Assembly (NCBI GenBank): GCA_045657265.1
Contig: JAZOSU010000035.1
Coordinates: 44-64,043 of the forward strand
Length of the DNA stretch: 64,000 bases
Direction of reading: 5' to 3'
Source: Eubacteriales bacterium
GTDB taxonomy: Bacteria > Bacillota > Clostridia > Oscillospirales > QAKW01
The translations under genes were made by a program, and so were the position numbers. The notes beneath the pieces are model-generated. The model saw only the letters and a program-made list of their open reading frames with translations. It searched no databases and had not been told where the DNA came from. Positions 60,252-64,000 of the stretch are shown piece after piece (the first letter of the stretch is position 1; each line of letters opens with the position of its first letter).

Positions 60252-60950
60252 TTACACCTCTAACATCGAAAGAACTGTATTTTTCAGTATCTCTCCTGCA
60301 GTTTCTGGAGCGTATCTTGCGGGAATTCCAAGCTCGTGCATACATCTGATACCGCAAACGGCGGCATAATCAAAATCAACTCCGCCGGGTTTTGAAGAAA
60401 CGTCGATAATCGTCGGTTTTTGTCGATAATTGGTCAAAACCTCTTTTGTGACAACCATCGCAGGTACGGTATTAAACAAAGCTTCACCCTTGAACGTACA
60501 AAGCTCTGATATATCTTTATCACCTTTTGAGTTTCTTGCATATGTTGTTACAAAAGCGCCAAGCCCTAACAAAATCCGAACAAGCTCTTTTGCAATACAT
60601 CCCGACCCGACAATGCCGATTTCCATACCGGACACCGTCTTTTCACTGTTTGCCATCAAAGCAAACACTGCCCCTTCTGCAGAAGGTACCGCATTTTGTC
60701 TTTTAAAATAGTCACACTTAATATAATTTTCACATCCTACGTTGTCAAAAGGCGCAAACACTTTTTTGCCCTGACATTTTTGCTTTATCCTTTTATAGTC
60801 ACATCCCATGGGCAATATTATTACGTTAAAACCGTCAAAATCGCTGTCATAGCCCAGCATTTTTGCAAAATAACCGTCTTTTTCAAGTTTATCCCTTGCA
60901 TTTATCATTCTTTTGTCTGAGCCAAGCAACCCAAAACGGTACATATTCAT
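60252..60950 (-). CDS. spoVFA: Dipicolinate synthase subunit A (short, 232 aa)
   Basis: 'GLLGSDKR' N-terminus and Rossmann 'IGIVGSGCIAKELVRILLGLGAFVTTYARN'. Lies directly upstream of spoVFB. Shorter than the ~290-aa Bacillus protein. Confidence 0.75.
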   Translation of the reverse strand: MNMYRFGLLGSDKRMINARDKLEKDGYFAKMLGYDSDFDGFNVIILPMGCDYKRIKQKCQGKKVFAPFDNVGCENYIKCDYFKRQNAVPSAEGAVFALMANSEKTVSGMEIGIVGSGCIAKELVRILLGLGAFVTTYARNSKGDKDISELCTFKGEALFNTVPAMVVTKEVLTNYRQKPTIIDVSSKPGGVDFDYAAVCGIRCMHELGIPARYAPETAGEILKNTVLSMLEV

Positions 60951-61040
60951 TCCCCTTTTCAGTTTATCATATGCAAGTTATTGTAATTTGGTAATTAATA
61001 TGATAAAATATTTATTTGAAATTTATTTTTGGAGTTTAAA

Positions 61041-62933
61041 ATGTATCACGTACAGGATTATGACATAGCAGTTATAGGCGCAGGTCACGCAGGAATCGAA
61101 GCAGGTCTTGCGGCGGCAAGACTGGGTCTTTCAACTGCGGTTTTTACAATTAATCTCGATGCAGTGGGCAATATGCCCTGCAACCCCTCTATCGGCGGTA
61201 CTGCAAAAGGACATCTCGTTTGCGAAATTGACGCTCTGGGCGGTGAAATGGGCAAGGCGGCTGACGCTACCTTTTTACAAAGCCGTATGCTCAACCTTGG
61301 CAAAGGTCCTGCAGTTCATTCTCTGCGTGTTCAGTCTGACAGACGCAAGTATGCCGAGTATATGAAGCATACTCTGGAAAAAACCGAAGGTCTTGCTCTC
61401 ATTCAGGCAGAAATCGTTGATATCACTACCGAAAACGGCGAAATAACAGGCGTTGTTACACATCTTGGCGCACATTACGGTGCAAAGGCAGTCATAATTG
61501 CAAGCGGTACTTTCCTTGCGGGTAAAATTATTATCGGCGACAGTATGTATGACAGCGGTCCTGACGGTATGTTTGCCGCAAACAAGTTATCTGCAAGACT
61601 TATAGAGCTTGGCGTTCCCGTAAGAAGATTCAAAACGGGTACACCTGCGAGAGTTAACCGCAGATCTATTAATTTTGATTCTCTTGAGCCTCAATACGGT
61701 GACGAGGAAATTGTACCCTTTTCATTTGAAAACGATTATATAGGGGAAAATCAGGTGGTTTGTCACCTTACCCATACAAACGAACAAACCCACAAGGTAA
61801 TTACAGACAACATTCATCTTTCGCCTCTTTACAGCGGAAAGATAGTAGGTGTCGGTCCGAGATACTGTCCGAGTATTGAAGACAAGGTAATGAGATTTGC
61901 CGACAAGAAATCCCATCAGCTTTTCATTGAACCTTGCGGAAAAGACACCGAAGAGATGTACATTCAGGGACTTTCATCTTCACTGCCTGAATTTGTTCAG
62001 CGTGAGTTTATAAAAACAATAAAAGGTCTTGAAAACGCACAGATAATGCGCGTTGCATACGCTATTGAATATGATTGCACCGACCCTCTCGCTCTCGCTC
62101 CGACTCTTGAGTTCAAAGACATTTCCGGTCTGTACGGAGCAGGGCAGTTCAACGGGTCATCAGGCTACGAAGAAGCCGCCGCGCAGGGTCTTGTGGCAGG
62201 TGTAAATGCAGCTCTCAAGCTTCTTGGCCGTGAGCCTTTCGTTCTTGACAGAGCAAGTTCTTACATAGGTACACTTATTGACGATCTTACAACAAAAGGT
62301 ACTCCCGAACCTTACAGAATGATGACCTCACGCAGTGAGTACAGACTTATTCTCCGTCAGGATAATGCGGATTTACGTCTGACACCCATGGGATATGAAA
62401 TAGGTCTTATAAGCGAGGAAAGATATCAGAAGTTTCTTAGCAAAAAAGCGCAGATTGAAGCAGAAACCCAAAGGCTCAGACAGGTAAGCGCAACACCTAA
62501 AAACGAGGAGCTTCGTAAGCTTTTAGAGCAAAGAGAAACCCCTGCTCTCAAAAGCGGCGCAAAGCTTTACGATTTACTTTCGCGTCCCCAGATTTCATAC
62601 GACGATTTGTCTGTTGCCGACCCCGAAAGACCAAGTCTTCCAAAGGCGGTTACAAAACAGGTGGAAATTTCAATAAAATACAAAGGGTATATTGAAAAGC
62701 AGATAGCCGCCGCAAAGGAATTTTCAAGGCTTGAAAAGAAACTGCTTCCCGATGATATTGATTACCAAGGCATAAAAGGTCTTCGCATTGAAGCTATGCA
62801 GAAGCTTTCTAAAATAATGCCCAGAAGTCTCGGACAGGCAAGCAGAATCTCAGGCGTAAGCCCTGCCGATATTACGGTACTTATGATATATCTGGAACAA
62901 AAGGAAAGAGAAAACAATGAAAAACGAAATTAA
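61041..62933 (+). CDS. mnmG: tRNA uridine-5-carboxymethylaminomethyl(34) synthesis enzyme MnmG (GidA)
   Basis: 'YDIAVIGAGHAGIEAGLAAARLG', 'NPSIGG.AKGHLV.EIDALGG', 'GPRYCPSIEDK' and 'GQ.NG.SGYEEAAAQGL'. The ATG at 61041 follows GGAG. Confidence 0.97.
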   Translation: MYHVQDYDIAVIGAGHAGIEAGLAAARLGLSTAVFTINLDAVGNMPCNPSIGGTAKGHLVCEIDALGGEMGKAADATFLQSRMLNLGKGPAVHSLRVQSDRRKYAEYMKHTLEKTEGLALIQAEIVDITTENGEITGVVTHLGAHYGAKAVIIASGTFLAGKIIIGDSMYDSGPDGMFAANKLSARLIELGVPVRRFKTGTPARVNRRSINFDSLEPQYGDEEIVPFSFENDYIGENQVVCHLTHTNEQTHKVITDNIHLSPLYSGKIVGVGPRYCPSIEDKVMRFADKKSHQLFIEPCGKDTEEMYIQGLSSSLPEFVQREFIKTIKGLENAQIMRVAYAIEYDCTDPLALAPTLEFKDISGLYGAGQFNGSSGYEEAAAQGLVAGVNAALKLLGREPFVLDRASSYIGTLIDDLTTKGTPEPYRMMTSRSEYRLILRQDNADLRLTPMGYEIGLISEERYQKFLSKKAQIEAETQRLRQVSATPKNEELRKLLEQRETPALKSGAKLYDLLSRPQISYDDLSVADPERPSLPKAVTKQVEISIKYKGYIEKQIAAAKEFSRLEKKLLPDDIDYQGIKGLRIEAMQKLSKIMPRSLGQASRISGVSPADITVLMIYLEQKERENNEKRN

Positions 62934-63648
62934 GACTCTTACCGAGCTTTTAAACAAGGACAGAATTATATTTTCAGAGGATTTTGCTGACAAAATAGAG
63001 CAGTTTTCCGATATTTTTATCGAAACCTCAAAACACCTTAATCTTACCGCCATCAAAGAACCTCACGACATTATGATAAAACATTATTACGATAGCATTT
63101 ATCCGCTGTCAACAGGTGTTTTCAAAAAAGACGCAAAGGTGATTGACATCGGTTGCGGAGGCGGTTTTCCAAGCATTCCCTTGAAACTTGCACGGCCTGA
63201 CCTTGATTTTACTTTACTTGATTCACTCAAAAAACGCCTCACTTTTTTAGACGGAGTCATAAACGAGCTGTCACTTGATAAAATCACAACTCTTCACGCA
63301 AGAGCCGAAGAAGCATCAAGAAAAGAAGATCTTCGCGATAGCTTCGATATTGCCGTTTCAAGAGCGGTTGCGCCTCTTAACGTACTTTGCGAATATTGTC
63401 TGCCTTTTGTCAAACAGGGCGGAATTTTCATAGCTTATAAAGGCATTCCCGACGATGCGGAGATGGAATCGGCAATGGTTGCAATTTCCAAGCTTTCTTC
63501 AAGGGCTGAGGGTATGATTTCTTATAAACTGCCCGAGGGAATGGGTGAGCGTACCCTTATTATAATAAGGAAAACTGCTCCCACGCACCCGATGTACCCG
63601 AGAAGTACAAAAAATATGGCTAAATCACCACTTGGCACAGAGAAATAA
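62917..63648 (+). CDS. rsmG: 16S rRNA (guanine527-N7)-methyltransferase RsmG (GidB)
   Basis: 'NLTAIKEP.D...KH..DS', SAM motif 'VIDIGCGGGFPSIPLK' and 'V.SRAVA.L'. Overlaps mnmG by 17 nt. Confidence 0.93.
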   Translation: MKNEIKTLTELLNKDRIIFSEDFADKIEQFSDIFIETSKHLNLTAIKEPHDIMIKHYYDSIYPLSTGVFKKDAKVIDIGCGGGFPSIPLKLARPDLDFTLLDSLKKRLTFLDGVINELSLDKITTLHARAEEASRKEDLRDSFDIAVSRAVAPLNVLCEYCLPFVKQGGIFIAYKGIPDDAEMESAMVAISKLSSRAEGMISYKLPEGMGERTLIIIRKTAPTHPMYPRSTKNMAKSPLGTEK

Positions 63649-63709
63649 AATACTCCGGAACAAAACAGTAAATATAGACTTAATAAAGCTAAAATTAATA
63701 GAATAATAT

Positions 63710-63738
63710 AAAAAACATCGCAAATTGCGATGTTTTTT
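63710..63738 (+). terminator. Rho-independent terminator after rsmG
   Basis: ACATCGCAA (63715-23)/TTGCGATGT (63725-33), with an A-run before and TTTTT after. The stem sequence resembles the hairpin at 9761-9780. Confidence 0.65.
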
Positions 63739-63866
63739 CTTATTCATATAGTAATGTTTCGCGCCACGTAAGCAACATATCGAGCGACGTCAGTCGTATA
63801 TCGCATTGCGATAGCAACATCTTCATCTTTGGTCGGCTTTCGTCGAACTCTGTCGAATGGTATTTG

Positions 63867-63895
63867 TTGACATTATTTACATAATATGGTAAACT
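63867..63895 (+). promoter_or_regulatory. Candidate sigma-A promoter for the ParB/Noc-like gene
   Basis: TTGACA (63867-72), a 17-nt spacer, then TAAACT (63890-95). Confidence 0.5.
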
Positions 63896-63916
63896 CTAAT
63901 CAAAGAGGGAAGAAAA

Positions 63917-64000
63917 ATGCCATTTTTATTTGTAAAAAACGAAAAACAAATAGCGCAGATAGAAACGGACAAACTTATGCCGTCAAAAAATCAGCCGAGA
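63917..64000 (+). CDS. 5' end (28 codons) of a ParB/Noc-family protein, truncated by the window edge
   Basis: MPFLFVKNEKQIAQIETDKLMPSKNQPR. The 'I..I....L.P...QPR' pattern is the N-terminal ParB box. Its position after mnmG-rsmG matches the Firmicute origin region. Confidence 0.5.
   Translation, partial: MPFLFVKNEKQIAQIETDKLMPSKNQPR

Noticed and set aside
63740-63866. Degenerate short repeats ('AGCAACAT', 'CGTATATCGCAT') between rsmG and the ParB-like gene. The 12-mer also occurs at 36274-36285. Possible oriC/DnaA-box cluster.
   Set aside because: No TTATCCACA-type DnaA boxes or AT-rich unwinding element were found. The repeats are too short and degenerate to call a feature. Noted only as possibly related to the REP-like junk sequences.

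Overview
This 64-kb window looks like a chromosomal segment of a low-GC, spore-forming Firmicute (Clostridia-like). The evidence is spoVFA/B, SLH-anchored surface proteins, a hisZ-dependent his operon and thyX. It is probably origin-proximal, because mnmG-rsmG and a ParB/Noc-like start lie at the right edge.

About 51% of the bases encode five giant secreted proteins:
- One is a 1,958-aa protein with Listeria-Bacteroides (Flg_new) repeats at 946-6822.
- Four are paralogues of 1,621-2,614 aa (24339-31016, 31122-35987, 36359-43588, 49184-57028). They are built from repeated beta-helix-like modules. Two end in three SLH repeats; the other two end in a different shared C-terminal domain.

Housekeeping blocks lie between them:
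- A complete yerC(hisR-like)-hisZGDCBHAF(IE) operon.
- A tightly overlapping tagA-thyX-tmk-DUF2156-DJ1-CPBP-HAD operon.
- htrA.
- ogg-hyp-yfbR.
- An ArsR/HMA/P1B-ATPase metal-efflux operon.

The most unusual item is a small cassette at 7575-9548. It contains an unannotated 39-aa peptide with a YxxP leader-like motif, an HPr-kinase-like P-loop protein, a PqqD-like (RRE) protein and a uridine-kinase-family protein. No other RiPP maturation genes are present.

Other points worth a second look:
- An 18-bp x ~18 tandem coding repeat (PEQENK) in a lipoprotein.
- A promoter-RBS-31-codon-terminator mini-unit encoding only the N-terminal motif of a PHP phosphoesterase, just upstream of the his operon.
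- A REP-like repeat family (CCCCTCAGTC-N-GACAGCTCCCC) that flanks a DUF559 gene and brackets the largest surface-protein gene.
- A gene-decay patch with phosphoglucomutase and AraC pseudogenes.

No rRNA, tRNA, CRISPR array, transposase or integrase was recognised. All functional calls come from reading motifs by eye; no database search was possible.
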